Source: Rubripirellula sp. (GTDB lineage: Bacteria; Planctomycetota; Planctomycetia; Pirellulales; Pirellulaceae). Taken from it: a stretch of 64,000 bases of DNA. The position numbers and the translations under genes were made by a program. Position 1 is the first letter of the stretch, and the number at the start of each line of letters is the position of its first letter. The DNA is taken from assembly GCA_965216875.1 (NCBI GenBank), contig OZ244207.1, positions 1,088,001-1,152,000 of the forward strand. Reading direction: 5' to 3'. This document shows positions 21,047 to 32,319 of this stretch, in pieces. Below the pieces are notes generated by a model. That model worked only from the letters and a program-made list of their open reading frames with translations, was not told where the DNA came from and ran no database searches.

Positions 21047-22339
21047 TTAAATGTTCTCAAACGCGATCGATTCGCCCAGGCGTGGGTCGCGAACGGCGAT
21101 CACCTTGGTTTGTGTGGCCAGTCGTAGGATCAGACCAATCATCAGGGTGGCCATCCCCCCCGCACAAACGATTGCGGCTAGGAAACCGATCACCCCACCT
21201 GCGGTGGCGTGCACCTTTCCAAGCGAACCGCGTGCTTCGGGCATGATCATCCAGTAGACGTCCACAAAGTGCATTACAAGGATGTAGAGTCCAAAGCCAG
21301 CGACCAATGCGGGTTTTCGTCGCACGGTTCGGCTCATCGTTCCCATGAAGGGCAGCATCCAGTGCAGGAAGATCAGGACCAGGCCGAGTTTGCCCCAAAC
21401 GGCAAGTTGGCGGTTGTAGATCCATTCGGTCTCTTCGGGGATGTTGCCGTACCAAATCAGCATGTATTGGCTGTACGAGATGTAGGTCCAGAACAGGATG
21501 AACCCGAACATGTACTTGCCGAGGTCGTGGTAGTGTTCGACGGTCACTTCGTCCTTGATCGCACCGTTCTTCTGCAGCACGAATGCGGAGACCGCGATCA
21601 GGCAGTGAGCCGACAGGATCCCGCCAGCAAACATGTAGACACCGAACATGGTTGAGAACCACATTGGCGAAAGGCTCATCACCCAGTCAAAGGCGGCGAG
21701 AGTCATGCTGCCAGAGAACAAGAAGATTGCTGGACCGCTCCAGTATTGCATCCGCTCGGTTGTGGCTCGTTCACCCGTTTCGTCTTGTTCGGTGCTTCCA
21801 CGATAGAAGTAAAGTGCCAAGCCGATCCAGATTGCGAAGTAAATGATCGCTCGAAACGCGAACCAGTACTGGTTGAGCCAACGTGATTTTTCGCCCCAAG
21901 CGTCTTCGGGCAGATGGTTTTCGGCCATGTAGGTTGCGCCAGCGGCGCCGCTGTCCCAACGATAGAGCGTGCCATCGCCAAACAACAAGGTCGCGATCAC
22001 TGGCAGGAACAGGACGGCAAGTGGGATCACCATCATCATTGCCAATTCAGCAAGACGACGAACCACGGCACTCCAGCCGGCTCGCGACACGTGTTGGATC
22101 AACACGAAGAACAGCGAACCAAGTGCGATCGTCAAGCAATAGATGAACGCAACAAGGTAGACCGACATGCCAAAGTTCATGTCTCTGCCTTTGGCCACGA
22201 AGCAAGCCATCAGCCAGCCAAGTACCAAGGCAGCACCGCCTCCGATACAGAGTGGCTTCCAAAGCTTCGCTAGGTTTTCGGGCAGCTTAAAGGCTGGGTC
22301 ATCAGCCGGTTTAATCGCCGGTGCACCGTGTTCAGACAT
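21047..22339 (-). CDS. actF: Alternative complex III membrane subunit ActF
   Basis: About 10 TM helices; RAGWSAVVRR, DWVMSLSPMWFSTMFG, HDLGKYMFGF and QYMLIWYGNIPEET. Confidence 0.92.
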   Translation of the reverse strand: MSEHGAPAIKPADDPAFKLPENLAKLWKPLCIGGGAALVLGWLMACFVAKGRDMNFGMSVYLVAFIYCLTIALGSLFFVLIQHVSRAGWSAVVRRLAELAMMMVIPLAVLFLPVIATLLFGDGTLYRWDSGAAGATYMAENHLPEDAWGEKSRWLNQYWFAFRAIIYFAIWIGLALYFYRGSTEQDETGERATTERMQYWSGPAIFLFSGSMTLAAFDWVMSLSPMWFSTMFGVYMFAGGILSAHCLIAVSAFVLQKNGAIKDEVTVEHYHDLGKYMFGFILFWTYISYSQYMLIWYGNIPEETEWIYNRQLAVWGKLGLVLIFLHWMLPFMGTMSRTVRRKPALVAGFGLYILVMHFVDVYWMIMPEARGSLGKVHATAGGVIGFLAAIVCAGGMATLMIGLILRLATQTKVIAVRDPRLGESIAFENI

Positions 22340-22403
22340 TTTCGTTAAGCAAAAAGTTGTTCAATAAAATGGATGTATGGTTTGCCGTAGGCAGCGTCGC
22401 CAA

Positions 22404-23819
22404 TCACTTGGCTTCGGCAGCGGCCTGTTCGGCTTTCTTGGCTTCTTCTTCGATCTGTTGCTTGATCTCAGTTTGCTTGGCTTCGATCTCAGCTCGCTGA
22501 CCTTCTGGAACCAGTTCCAAGTCGGCGTTTTGGCTCAGCTGCAACGCTCGCACGTAGGCGACGATGGCCCAGCGATCTTTGGCCTCGATCTGGCTGGCAT
22601 AGCCCGGCATCTTGCGAATCCCTTTGCTGATCGTGTTGAACAGCTTGCCATCGGGATACTTGTCGGCGTGCAGCGTTTCTTCGTAAATCTTCGAAGGCGT
22701 GATCCAAGTCGAAGCGAGGATCTTTTGAGCTCGTTGGTTCACCAAACCGTTGCCGCCACCGTTCATGCCGTGGCAGACGGAACAGTAGATGCCGAAATAC
22801 TTTTGCCCGCGGCGAAGTAATTCTTCGTCAACGTCGAGCGGGTTTTCGGTCAGCCATGGAGTGGTGTCCATGACGCTTGGTTGTTTGGCGGGTGCTGCAG
22901 GTTCAGCTTCAGCGGTGGCGTCACCTTCGTCTTGTAATTTTGCGACTAGCATTTCGGCACGGGGTGCGTCGACAGCCGCAAGTTGTTCCATGTCGATTCC
23001 GGTCAGGAAGTCGAGGTCACCATTCATTTGGCCGCGGGCAACCGTACCGGCAACATCAGGACGCATTGCACGTCCATCGGCAAACAACGTGGTGCTCATC
23101 TGCATGTCTTTTGCAGGTGAGAAATCCATGTCGGGGAAGATATGGAAACGTGGTGACGAACTGTTGGTCACGCGCATCTTGGCGACGATCAGCAGGGGCA
23201 CGACCGAAAGTGCTGCCAAGGTTCCGATGGTGAGAAACGCGGCCTTCGGCACTTTGTCGCAAGTTTCGTCGTCGACAACGGTCGAGACGTATTCGCTGCC
23301 GGTTTCGCCGAGCAACTTCTCGACATCGGCTTGGTTGTACTTTGAATCGTCGGCATCGATGTACAAGAAGAACTTGTCATCGGTGGCACGATCGAACCGC
23401 GGATCCGTAAAGATCGGGTTGCTGAACTTGGGCAACTTGTTGAGTGCCCACATTCCGAAGAAGGCTCCGAACGAAGCGAACAGGACCGTCAGCTCGAAGG
23501 CGACCGGGATAAACGCCGGCAGCGACAAGACAAAAGGCTTGCCCGAGATGATGTAGGGGTAGTTGATCGCGTTCATCCAGATCTGCATCACCAACGCGGT
23601 GGCGGTACCGGTCAATCCGGCACCCAGGCAGATAAAGGGTAACTTCGTCGGCTTGATGCCGAGTGCCTTATCGATTCCGTGAACAGGGAATGGCGTGTAC
23701 GCATCCGTTTTTTCGTAGCCCGCCTCGCGGACTTTGTTGCATGCGTCCAGCAGTGTGTCGACCGAGTCAAACTCGGCGACCATTCCGTGAACTTTCTTTT
23801 CGTTGCTATCTTCTGACAT
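22404..23819 (-). CDS. Alternative complex III ActD-ActE fusion (DUF3341 + monoheme cytochrome c)
   Basis: N-terminal DAYTPFPVHG...ISGKP...FELTVL (ActD); C-terminal CSVCHG...GIRKMPGY...DRWAIVAYVRALQ (ActE). Confidence 0.9.
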   Translation of the reverse strand: MSEDSNEKKVHGMVAEFDSVDTLLDACNKVREAGYEKTDAYTPFPVHGIDKALGIKPTKLPFICLGAGLTGTATALVMQIWMNAINYPYIISGKPFVLSLPAFIPVAFELTVLFASFGAFFGMWALNKLPKFSNPIFTDPRFDRATDDKFFLYIDADDSKYNQADVEKLLGETGSEYVSTVVDDETCDKVPKAAFLTIGTLAALSVVPLLIVAKMRVTNSSSPRFHIFPDMDFSPAKDMQMSTTLFADGRAMRPDVAGTVARGQMNGDLDFLTGIDMEQLAAVDAPRAEMLVAKLQDEGDATAEAEPAAPAKQPSVMDTTPWLTENPLDVDEELLRRGQKYFGIYCSVCHGMNGGGNGLVNQRAQKILASTWITPSKIYEETLHADKYPDGKLFNTISKGIRKMPGYASQIEAKDRWAIVAYVRALQLSQNADLELVPEGQRAEIEAKQTEIKQQIEEEAKKAEQAAAEAK

Positions 23820-23868
23820 GGTTACTCTCTAGGCCGCAAAGCCGTCGATCTTCTTTGCTCGCTAGTGA

Positions 23869-25272
23869 TCAGTGGTCGTTGTGTGCCATGTGGTACTGTT
23901 TCGCCAACGTTGCCTTGGTTTCCGCCATGTTGATCACCGGCATCAGTCGGCAGAACAACAGGAACAGCGTGAAGAACAAGCCGAACGAACCGATCAACAT
24001 CGACCAGTCGACCCAGGTTGGCGAGAAGTAGGCCCAAGCGCTCGGCAGGTAATCACGCGACAAGCTGGTGATCACAATCACAAAGCGTTCGAACCACATC
24101 CCGATGTTCACGAAGATCGAGATCACCACGATGATCCAAGGTGTGGTGCGGAACTTCTTGATCCAGAACAACTGGGGACTGATGACGTTACAGGTGATCA
24201 TCGTCCAGTACGCCCACCAGTAAGGTCCGAACGCACGGTTGATGAAGGCAAACTTTTCAGCAGGGACTTGGCCGTACCAAGCGATGAAGAACTCGGTGCC
24301 GTAAGCAAGACCGACGATCGAGCCGGTGGCCAAGATGATTTTGCACATGTTGTCCAAGTGCCGAATCGTGATCAGCTTCTCGAGATTCAGCATCTTGCGG
24401 GCTGGAATCATTAGGGTCAGCACCATCGCGAAACCGCTGAAGATCGCCCCGGCCACAAAGTAAGGCGGGAAGATCGTGGTGTGCCAACCTGGAACTTGCG
24501 AAACGGCAAAGTCAAACGAAACGATCGTATGCACCGAAAGAACCAGAGGTGCAGCCAGTGCGGCCAGGATCGCGTAAGCCTTTTCGTATCGCATCCAGTG
24601 TCGTGAGGAACCCGACCATCCAAGCGACAGGATGCCGTAGGCCATCCGACGCCATTTGTTTGTTGATCGATCGCGGAAGGTCGCCAAGTCAGGCACCATG
24701 CCCATGTACCAGAACAAGAGCGAAACCGTGCCGTAGGTGCTGACCGCAAAAACGTCCCAAAGCAATGGGCTGCGGAATTGAGGCCACATCCAAAGATTCA
24801 AACTTGGATAGGGTGCCAACCAGAAGGCAAGCCAAGCTCGGCCGACGTGAATCCCGGGGAAAGTACCGGCACAGGCGACCGCGAAAATCGTCATCGCCTC
24901 GGCAGCGCGGTTGATACTTGTTCGCCATTCTTGTCGGAACAGGAACAAAATCGCACTAATCAGCGTCCCCGCGTGACCGATACCGACCCAAAACACGAAG
25001 TTGACAATCGGCCAACCCCAGAAGATCGGTGAACGGTTACCCCAAACACCGACACCTGTGTAAATCAGGTAGGCGATGCAGAGGCCGAGCCATTGCAGCA
25101 ACAGGAACGAGACCAAGAATCCAAACACCCAACCTTTGCTGGGCTTTCGCTCGGCTACCTGACAAACCGCCTCGGTGATGTCGTGATACGTCGTATCACC
25201 CAACACCAGCGGAGCGCGTTCGCCCGGGCGTTCGGAGGAGTTATCCAATCCGTTGGGAATGGCAAGGGACAT
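23869..25272 (-). CDS. actC: Alternative complex III ActC (NrfD/PsrC family quinol-binding subunit)
   Basis: [53 protein letters not shown] and [11 protein letters not shown]. Confidence 0.96.
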   Translation of the reverse strand: MSLAIPNGLDNSSERPGERAPLVLGDTTYHDITEAVCQVAERKPSKGWVFGFLVSFLLLQWLGLCIAYLIYTGVGVWGNRSPIFWGWPIVNFVFWVGIGHAGTLISAILFLFRQEWRTSINRAAEAMTIFAVACAGTFPGIHVGRAWLAFWLAPYPSLNLWMWPQFRSPLLWDVFAVSTYGTVSLLFWYMGMVPDLATFRDRSTNKWRRMAYGILSLGWSGSSRHWMRYEKAYAILAALAAPLVLSVHTIVSFDFAVSQVPGWHTTIFPPYFVAGAIFSGFAMVLTLMIPARKMLNLEKLITIRHLDNMCKIILATGSIVGLAYGTEFFIAWYGQVPAEKFAFINRAFGPYWWAYWTMITCNVISPQLFWIKKFRTTPWIIVVISIFVNIGMWFERFVIVITSLSRDYLPSAWAYFSPTWVDWSMLIGSFGLFFTLFLLFCRLMPVINMAETKATLAKQYHMAHNDH

Positions 25273-25348
25273 AGTTTTTAGTGCTTAGAAAACTTGAAAG
25301 GTAAAAGTTTGTATTGGTGTGCGACGTCAAAGCCTGAGTGCTTCAAAC

Positions 25349-28300
25349 TCAGTGCTTTGCGTCCTGCTCTTTGTCGGCGTGGCCGTCATCGTGGCCATGG
25401 CCGCCGTCATGACCGTGCTCGTCATTGTGACCATGATCGCCATCGCCGTGATCACCATGATCGTGATGGTGAGGGGCTTTGACTTTCTTGAGGTCGTCCA
25501 ACTGGAAGCTGGTCATCAAGCGTTTGTGCGGGTTGCGAACGCGAGCGAGGTACTCGGTGCGTGGCTTAAGGTTGAGTTGGCTGAGCATGCCGTAGGCGCG
25601 AACATCAGCGTGCTTCTTCGAAACGGCCGATTCGGGATCCGCAAGGTTGCCGAACTCAATGGCGTTGGTTGGGCAAGCGGCTTGGCAAGCGGTGACCACA
25701 TCGCCGTCGCGAATCGCACGTCCACCATCTTTGCGAGCGTTGATCTTGGCTTGCTCGACGCGTTGGACGCAGTAGGTGCACTTTTCCATCACACCGCGAC
25801 CGCGAACGGTGACGTCGGGGTTAAGGACGAGTGATTGGAGCTTGCGATTCGCTTTTTCGATCGCACCGGGGTAAGCCTTCACGCCGTAGCCAACACCGAC
25901 TTCTTCGTTGTAGTTGAAGTAGTTGAAGCGACGCACTTTGAACGGGCAGTTGTTGGCACAGTAACGTGTACCGATACAGCGGTTGTAGGCCATCGCGTTG
26001 ATGCCTTCGTTGGTGTGCACGGTCGCGGCGACCGGACAAACCTGTTCGCAAGGTGCCGTTTCGCAGTGCTGGCACATCATCGGCTCTTGCACGATCTCGG
26101 CGTTGTTTTCGTCACCTTGGAAGTAACGGTCGATTCGCAGCCAGTGCATTTCGCGACTGTTGAGGACTTGTTCGCGGCCCACGATCGGCACGTTGTTTTC
26201 GCTTTGGCAAGCGATCACACAGCCGTTGCAGCCGAAGCACTTGCTCAAGTCGATCGCCATGCCCCATTGAGGCACGTTTGAACCGGCTTCTTTCTCCTCT
26301 GCTTGGATCACTTGCATTGGCTCGTGCCAAGGCGATCCATGCGCTCCGACCGAAGGAACGTGAGGAGCCTTGGGCGAGCCGTTGGCGAACTCAGGAACCT
26401 TTTTCATCAGTTCCGTGGTGCCCTCGCGGACGAGCGAGAAGCTGCGGCTCTGATTTTCATCTTTGCCCAGGTCATCGATCGCCCAGTGATCCTGGGTCGT
26501 TGCGACACCGTATTGTTCGAACATCGGGCGAGCGGCAACTTTGGCCACGTGCATCGAGTCGCTGGTGCGAATCGGCGAGACATCAAAGCCGACCACATCG
26601 ACATCTTTTTCCGGCATGCCGCCGACCATCCCGACTCGCTTGCGGCCGTAACCGATGGCGACGGTGACGACGCCAGGAGCACAGCCAGGCATTTCGTAAA
26701 CGGGTAAGTCAATTCGGACGTCGCCGTTGACCAAGCCGATCTTTAAGCCGTGTTTGACGCCAAGTGCCTTGGCGGTCGCTGGTGCGATCACAGCGGCGTT
26801 GTCCCAAGTCATCTTGGTCAACGACTGAGGCATCTCTTGAAGCCAACCGTTGTTGGCGAATCGGCCGTCGTACAATCCGTCGGCGGGAACAAAGATGACT
26901 TCAAAGTCATCGCGATCGAGTTCGCCACCAGTCTTCGGTGCGGCGCCGGTCAGTTCCTTGGCTTCGCCTTGAACGGCAAGTGTTTCGCTTTCGACGGTGA
27001 TCTCTTTCGAGTAGCCGTCGTGCAAGAGTGAACGCCATTGATGCTGGCCCAGTTTTCCGCCAGCCACTTCGTCGGCGGTTGCACGCACGATGGAAGCGGA
27101 GTCTTGTTTTGCTTCGCCGAGGACAACTGCAAGCACTTCGGCCGAAGTGCGTCCGCCCATCAAAGGCAGAATGTTTGGCTGACAAACGCCATAGTGTCCG
27201 TTGTCGTCGACACAGTCGCTCCACGATTCGAGTGGGTGAGCCAAAGGCAGCGACCACTCACTGACCAGTGCGGTTTCGTCGTCGTATTCGCCTAGGTAGA
27301 CGCTGTGTTCCACTTTGCTGATGGCGGTTGCAACGTCGATGTCGCCAGGAGCCGTGACGACGGGGTTTCCGCCCAGAACGAGCAGCGAGTCGACGGCACC
27401 GTTGTTGATATTGCCGACCAATTCGCCGAGCGAAACGGTGTCGCCAAGCGACTTGTCGTTTTCGGTGACAAAAGTTTGCAGTTTGCCGAGCGAGCCGATC
27501 TTTTCGTTGAATCGGATGCCAGCGGCAACGGCTTCGGCACCGAGGTGTTCGCCAACGACAACGACAGCTTTGTCGCCATGCTCGGCAAAGTCGTGAGCCA
27601 ACACGTCGAGGAAACGCTCAAGGCGGTCTTCCGGTGGAAGCTTGTCGTAAGGGATGGCTTCGTCGTCGTGATTGTGCTTTTCACCGCCAACGAGTGCTTC
27701 GACGCGGCGACCAAGCTCGGCCAGGAAGGCTGGCATTTCACTTGGGCGAAGGGCCAATCGCGAATCGGCCATGCTGCCGGTCAAGGTGAAGCCACCTTCG
27801 ACGACGTACAGACGGCTCATGTCGCCAGCGACCGCATCACGGTGCTTGGCAAATCCAGCCGAGTTGCTGACGGAGTTGCGATGTTGTCCGAGGATGTCGG
27901 ATTGAAGCGTGAGGATGATTTCGGCATCGTCGAGCTTCAAAACTTCCTTGGCGGCTTTGCCAAAGACTTGTGAAGTCGCGTCCCGCATGACATCGTCACC
28001 GACACTGTCGTATCGGCAAATCGTTGCGTTGGGCAAACGCTCTTTCAGCTTGGCGAGCATTCGCAACGTCGATGGCGACGAAGTTGGGTCCATCAACACG
28101 GCAAAGCCGGAGCCATTGTTGTGGCTTACAGCGGTCTTGAGCCATGCTGCGCCGAACGATTCGAACTCGGGCCAATCGGTGGCAACGCGTCGCTTTTCGC
28201 CTTTGCGGATCAAGAAGCCGCGTTTTCCGCGCGAGCGATCAGGGTCGTAGAGACCGAGGATGCTTGCTTGCGAGTAAGCATCCGTGCCACCACCACTTGG

Positions 28301-28696
28301 GTGATCGGTGTTTGGTTCGATCTTGATCGGACGACCGTCAAAACAGGTGACCAGCAAACTGTAGACGCGGCCAGCCAATTCGATATTTGTCGCACGCGAA
28401 TAGGTTTCGCCAGGCACTCGGCCTTCTGGGCGAAGCACAAACGGTTCAATCGTCTCTTCGGGGTAGCGGCAACCGGCGACGCCAGCCAGCGCGAACGATG
28501 CACCCATCAATTGCATCCAGCGACGGCGCGAAACTCCCTCTGGGAACTCCGAGGCGGCAACCGGAAACTCACGGTGCAGGTAATCCTGAAACTCTTCCTG
28601 CTGATTCAATTCAGCAAGGCTGCGCCAATAACGTGGCTTTGTCTCTTCAGTGGACAGAGCGTCTGTGTTTGACGGGGCCGATTCGCTGGAAGTCAT
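25349..28696 (-). CDS. actB: Alternative complex III ActB (molybdopterin-oxidoreductase-like + 4Fe-4S domain)
   Basis: YWRSL...[12 protein letters not shown] internal Tat signal; FANNGWLQE; Fe-S motifs [37 protein letters not shown] and MEKCTYC. Confidence 0.96.
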   Translation of the reverse strand: MTSSESAPSNTDALSTEETKPRYWRSLAELNQQEEFQDYLHREFPVAASEFPEGVSRRRWMQLMGASFALAGVAGCRYPEETIEPFVLRPEGRVPGETYSRATNIELAGRVYSLLVTCFDGRPIKIEPNTDHPSGGGTDAYSQASILGLYDPDRSRGKRGFLIRKGEKRRVATDWPEFESFGAAWLKTAVSHNNGSGFAVLMDPTSSPSTLRMLAKLKERLPNATICRYDSVGDDVMRDATSQVFGKAAKEVLKLDDAEIILTLQSDILGQHRNSVSNSAGFAKHRDAVAGDMSRLYVVEGGFTLTGSMADSRLALRPSEMPAFLAELGRRVEALVGGEKHNHDDEAIPYDKLPPEDRLERFLDVLAHDFAEHGDKAVVVVGEHLGAEAVAAGIRFNEKIGSLGKLQTFVTENDKSLGDTVSLGELVGNINNGAVDSLLVLGGNPVVTAPGDIDVATAISKVEHSVYLGEYDDETALVSEWSLPLAHPLESWSDCVDDNGHYGVCQPNILPLMGGRTSAEVLAVVLGEAKQDSASIVRATADEVAGGKLGQHQWRSLLHDGYSKEITVESETLAVQGEAKELTGAAPKTGGELDRDDFEVIFVPADGLYDGRFANNGWLQEMPQSLTKMTWDNAAVIAPATAKALGVKHGLKIGLVNGDVRIDLPVYEMPGCAPGVVTVAIGYGRKRVGMVGGMPEKDVDVVGFDVSPIRTSDSMHVAKVAARPMFEQYGVATTQDHWAIDDLGKDENQSRSFSLVREGTTELMKKVPEFANGSPKAPHVPSVGAHGSPWHEPMQVIQAEEKEAGSNVPQWGMAIDLSKCFGCNGCVIACQSENNVPIVGREQVLNSREMHWLRIDRYFQGDENNAEIVQEPMMCQHCETAPCEQVCPVAATVHTNEGINAMAYNRCIGTRYCANNCPFKVRRFNYFNYNEEVGVGYGVKAYPGAIEKANRKLQSLVLNPDVTVRGRGVMEKCTYCVQRVEQAKINARKDGGRAIRDGDVVTACQAACPTNAIEFGNLADPESAVSKKHADVRAYGMLSQLNLKPRTEYLARVRNPHKRLMTSFQLDDLKKVKAPHHHDHGDHGDGDHGHNDEHGHDGGHGHDDGHADKEQDAKH

Positions 28697-28762
28697 ATCG
28701 AAAACGGACGTTGAATTGATAAACGAATGTAATGAACGGTTAACGAAAGGTGCGTTGCGGCT

Positions 28763-29452
28763 TTAGCGGTGACAGACCGCACAGTGCACTTTCGGGTTGA
28801 TTCCCTTTTCCTCGCGAGCTTGTTTCGCGAAAGCCTCTTGGTCCCAATCCTCTGGTGGTTCCCAATCGAGCTTGGTCACGTTTTCGACTTCGCGAAGGTG
28901 AGGGTCGGGGTTGCGGTGACAGGTAATGCACCATGCCATCGAGAGTTCTTCGTGCTGGTAAACCACTTCCATTTGGTCGATTCGACCGTGGCAGGTTTTG
29001 CAGCTCACGCCCGAGTTCACATGTGCGGCGTGGTTGAAGTAAACGAACTCAGGAAGGTTATGGACGCGTTTCCACGCCATGCTCTTGCCCGTTTCCCAAC
29101 TCTTGTGGATCGGTGCAAGCTTTTGGCTTTCCGGATGCACGGCCGCCAGCGCGGTCAGGCCTTGATCGTTTGCCGGACTGTGACAATTGACACAGGTCGC
29201 CGTCGGCGGAATCGCCGCGTGAGCTGCGTCGAAGACGGTGTTGTGGCAATACCGACAATCCATCTTCAACTGCCCTGCGTGAATCGCATGACTAAACGGC
29301 ACCGGCTGCTCAGGCTGGTAACCAATGTTCAACGTCTTGGGGTCTGTGATCAAACCGCCCATCGCCAATGCGTAGACGCCTCCGCCTAAGGCTGCAATTG
29401 CCAATAGACCAAGGAATGGATTGACCCACCGAGGAAACAGAAACCGTTGCAT
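28763..29452 (-). CDS. actA: Alternative complex III ActA pentaheme cytochrome c
   Basis: Five CxxCH motifs (CRYCH, CVNCH, CKTCH, CITCH, CAVCH); QPVPFSH and VYFNH. Start trimmed to MQRFLF. Confidence 0.94.
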   Translation of the reverse strand: MQRFLFPRWVNPFLGLLAIAALGGGVYALAMGGLITDPKTLNIGYQPEQPVPFSHAIHAGQLKMDCRYCHNTVFDAAHAAIPPTATCVNCHSPANDQGLTALAAVHPESQKLAPIHKSWETGKSMAWKRVHNLPEFVYFNHAAHVNSGVSCKTCHGRIDQMEVVYQHEELSMAWCITCHRNPDPHLREVENVTKLDWEPPEDWDQEAFAKQAREEKGINPKVHCAVCHR

Positions 29453-29586
29453 GATGAAGTTTGGCCTTCGCTTGGGCGCGGCCCGAAGTAGCACATGAGA
29501 AATAGGAGAACGTGTGACGATCCGGCTCACACGCGCGTCAGTATGGCAATGCAACGTCTAAACTGGCAATGGTGCCCAGCGTCCGA

Positions 29587-29664
29587 GCGACATTGTGTCG
29601 CATTCATAAACGCCGTGTTTTGCCGGTCGAAACGATTCACGCCAAAACAGCGACATTGTGCCGC
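29587..29664. promoter_or_regulatory. Two RegA/RegR/PrrA-type binding boxes upstream of the ACIII-caa3 operon
   Basis: GCGACATTGTGTCGC (29587-29601, perfect 6-3-6 palindrome) and GCGACATTGTGCCGC (29650-29664), 63 bp apart. Confidence 0.7.
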
Positions 29665-29793
29665 ACATCAACTGGCGAGCATGACTGGAAAGATAGGCAG
29701 TTTGAGTGCGCACCTTACACACACTCTGCTACCTTCAGTCCCCCCAAGAACCGTTCGCGATGTTCAAGAATCAACATCGCGCGACTTGCATTC

Positions 29794-30825
29794 TTAACCG
29801 CGCCACCAATTTCCATCATCGGTGACCGCGACTGCGGGACAGCGCATCGAATCGAGTGCCGATGCGACCTCGCTGACTGCCCAGTCCATATCGTCCACCT
29901 CAAGTCGGTACTCCGGCCATTCCCATCCTGCGGGCCACATTTGATGAGGTGCAGGCCAGCTTGTATCGGGTGTGGCGTATTGAATTCGAGCGACCAAACG
30001 CGGTACGCAGCGCTGCTCGATCTTCATTTCGTCGTTAAGGGGCAATGGAGGCACGTAAGCTGCCACCCAAGGGGCGTCGCCTGCGACTTCGAGTGGTGGC
30101 GCATCGATTTGAGGTGTGGTCGCGCCGGACGAACCCTTTTCTTTTTCACGAAGTGCTGCAGGTGCGTTGCCGACCACGGCCATCGGTTCTGCAAGCGGCG
30201 GCGCATCAAATGTACGAATGCCGTACTCTGCGGTCAGCCTTTGACAAAGTGTTTCGCGTGTCGATTCGTCGCCACCAACCAACGCCATCGATGCGGCACC
30301 AAGTGACAGGTGGTCGGCGAGTCGTTGGAGTGTCCAGTCGAAACGCGGGTCACGATAATGGGCGGCGACGTCACAGGCGGGTTGCAAAACGAATTGCCGA
30401 GCGGTGTAGCGAGGATGGGGGACGATCAATCCCGTGCCTCCACCAACCAATTCGCCATGCAGAACGACATCAAGGTCGATCGATCGCGCGTCCCAGCGCC
30501 GCTTGCGCTGTCGGCCGAGGTCGTTTTCGATCCCTTGCAATAGATCGAGGATGTCTCGTGCAGAAGCTTGTGTTTCAAACGCGGCAACGGCATTGAGGAA
30601 GGGTTCTTGGCCGCCTGGGCCGCCGATCGGCGGGGTTTCAAACAGTCGGCTGGCTCGAAATCCCTCGACCATTTCGCTGGTCTGGACCCGAATGGCCGCT
30701 TCGGCGATCACCTGTTCGCGCGTTCCGAGGTTGCTGCCGAAGCTGATCAAGCATTGGGAGACAAGTGGCTCGGACTTCGGGGGGCGGGCTTTGGCGCAAG
30801 AGGACCATTCGTGATCGTGAGGCAT
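29794..30825 (-). CDS. folK: 2-amino-4-hydroxy-6-hydroxymethyldihydropteridine diphosphokinase with C-terminal extension (start uncertain)
   Basis: ISFGSNLG, SRLFETPPIG, FLNAVA, RWDARSIDLDVV, IVPHPR and FVLQP. Confidence 0.92.
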   Translation of the reverse strand: MPHDHEWSSCAKARPPKSEPLVSQCLISFGSNLGTREQVIAEAAIRVQTSEMVEGFRASRLFETPPIGGPGGQEPFLNAVAAFETQASARDILDLLQGIENDLGRQRKRRWDARSIDLDVVLHGELVGGGTGLIVPHPRYTARQFVLQPACDVAAHYRDPRFDWTLQRLADHLSLGAASMALVGGDESTRETLCQRLTAEYGIRTFDAPPLAEPMAVVGNAPAALREKEKGSSGATTPQIDAPPLEVAGDAPWVAAYVPPLPLNDEMKIEQRCVPRLVARIQYATPDTSWPAPHQMWPAGWEWPEYRLEVDDMDWAVSEVASALDSMRCPAVAVTDDGNWWRG

Positions 30826-30830
30826 CGTTT

Positions 30831-31142
30831 TCAGGCCGACTGTCCGACTTGGACGAGTTTGGAGGCAAGCATTTGTGTGTAAGCGTCACAGATTTCGCGT
30901 CGGCACGACAAGATCGCCATCTGGCCCTGGCGTCTTGAGTGAATCAAATCCGCGGCGGCGAGTTCTTTTAAATGGTGTGAAATCGTCGCTTGAGTGATCG
31001 AAAACTCGGCGACCAACTGCTTGCACGGAACTTCATCTTGCTGAGCGATGAAAGCGAGGATCGCAAATCGTTGAGGGTCGGCGAGCGCTTTGGCGATTCG
31101 CTGGATCTGGTCTCCAGTCAGCTGAAATTCCGGATGGCTCAT
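30831..31142 (-). CDS. ArsR/SmtB family transcriptional regulator
   Basis: KALADPQRFAIL...ITQATISHHLKELAAADLI..RRQG winged HTH. Start trimmed to MSHPEF. Confidence 0.9.
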   Translation of the reverse strand: MSHPEFQLTGDQIQRIAKALADPQRFAILAFIAQQDEVPCKQLVAEFSITQATISHHLKELAAADLIHSRRQGQMAILSCRREICDAYTQMLASKLVQVGQSA

Positions 31143-31468
31143 TTGTCGACCCACTAAAACGAATACGGTCACCTCTGCAGTGAAACGTTTTCCCCAACCA
31201 CCCAGTATCTGCTGAGGAATGTCAGAATGCGAGGCCCAAAGCTGAGATCGTCCAATCAATCGGACTGCAACCCAAAACCAAGCACAACACAATGCAGACG
31301 CGGACTCAGCGGCGGCGACTAGAATCATCCTTTCGCGTTCATCCCTCATTAGAGGCAGCGAAAAGCATTGGCCGGTGGTAAGATCCCGACCTTCCCATCC
31401 TGTCACGACCGAGCCCCACCGCACCTGCTCCACCGGCTTCCTTCCACCGCACCCTTAGTGCAACGATC

Positions 31469-32110
31469 ATGGATCAACCCGACGAAATCACCGAGCAAAC
31501 CCCTGACGACGTCTTCCTGACGGCGGTTGTGTTCGAATCAGCGTTGGGGGTGCTGGCGCTTTTGCTGGGGTGGATGCTTGGTCCCGATCCTCGTGCAATG
31601 ATTCCTGAGCTCGATTGGGAAAACCTTCAACCGATCGTATCGGGCGTTCTTTACGGTCTGCTTGCCGCGGTGCCGATCCTGGGCGTGATCGAAATTGTTC
31701 GCCGTCTTCCACTGGAAGCCGTCCGAAAGCTCGAGGCGCTCAGCGACGACACGCTCATCAAGACGCTGCTGCAGCTACGTAAGAGCGAGTTGATCGTGAT
31801 CAGTCTGTGTGCGGGCATTGGCGAAGAGTTATTGTTCCGCGGTTGGATGTTGTATTGGTTTGCGGGCGCAACCGGCGAAGCAACGCCCGGTGTTTTCGAA
31901 TTCGCAATCGCGTTGGTGGGTTCGTCGATCGCTTTCGGCTTGATGCACCCCATCACCAAACTCTACGTCTTCCTCGCTGCCTTGATGGGCATCTACTTTG
32001 GACTGTTGGTTCTGTTGACCGGAAACTTGCTCATTCCAATCGTTGCGCACGCTGCCTACGACGCCGTCCAGCTTCTTTGGACCGGCCACCGAAAAGAAGC
32101 GACCGCATAG
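31469..32110 (+). CDS. CPBP (Abi/CAAX) family intramembrane metalloprotease
   Basis: GEELLFRG, FGLMH and AHAAYD motifs; multiple TM helices. Confidence 0.9.
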   Translation: MDQPDEITEQTPDDVFLTAVVFESALGVLALLLGWMLGPDPRAMIPELDWENLQPIVSGVLYGLLAAVPILGVIEIVRRLPLEAVRKLEALSDDTLIKTLLQLRKSELIVISLCAGIGEELLFRGWMLYWFAGATGEATPGVFEFAIALVGSSIAFGLMHPITKLYVFLAALMGIYFGLLVLLTGNLLIPIVAHAAYDAVQLLWTGHRKEATA

Positions 32111-32130
32111 TCGCGTAGCCACGCTCGCCA

Positions 32131-32280
32131 GTTCGTAGTACCGAGCTTTAGCCGGAATCTTCTTGTGAGCCGCCAGCAGGCGGGACGACAAACGCTGCTT
32201 CTTGTGAGCCGAACGCGCTAGCGTCGGGCCTTACACTCCTTTTCATCTCGCAGGGGCCCGATGCTAGCGCGTTCGGCTCA
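32131..32280. repeat. REP-C half plus inverted pair of REP-B between convergent genes
   Basis: GTTCGTAGTACCGAGCTTTAGCCGGAATC (32131-); TGAGCCGAACGCGCTAGCGTCGGGCC ... GGCCCGATGCTAGCGCGTTCGGCTCA (~32205-32280). Confidence 0.85.
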
Positions 32281-32319
32281 GGCCAATCGCGAAAGGCGAC
32301 TCACTGGAGGGAGGATGAG

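Noticed and set aside
31143..31433. Long N-terminal extensions from the ORF track (ArsR here; also AraC, GlcG, SCO, ActA, DUF3500)
   Set aside because: They come from upstream alternative start codons; family homology begins at the downstream ATGs used above.
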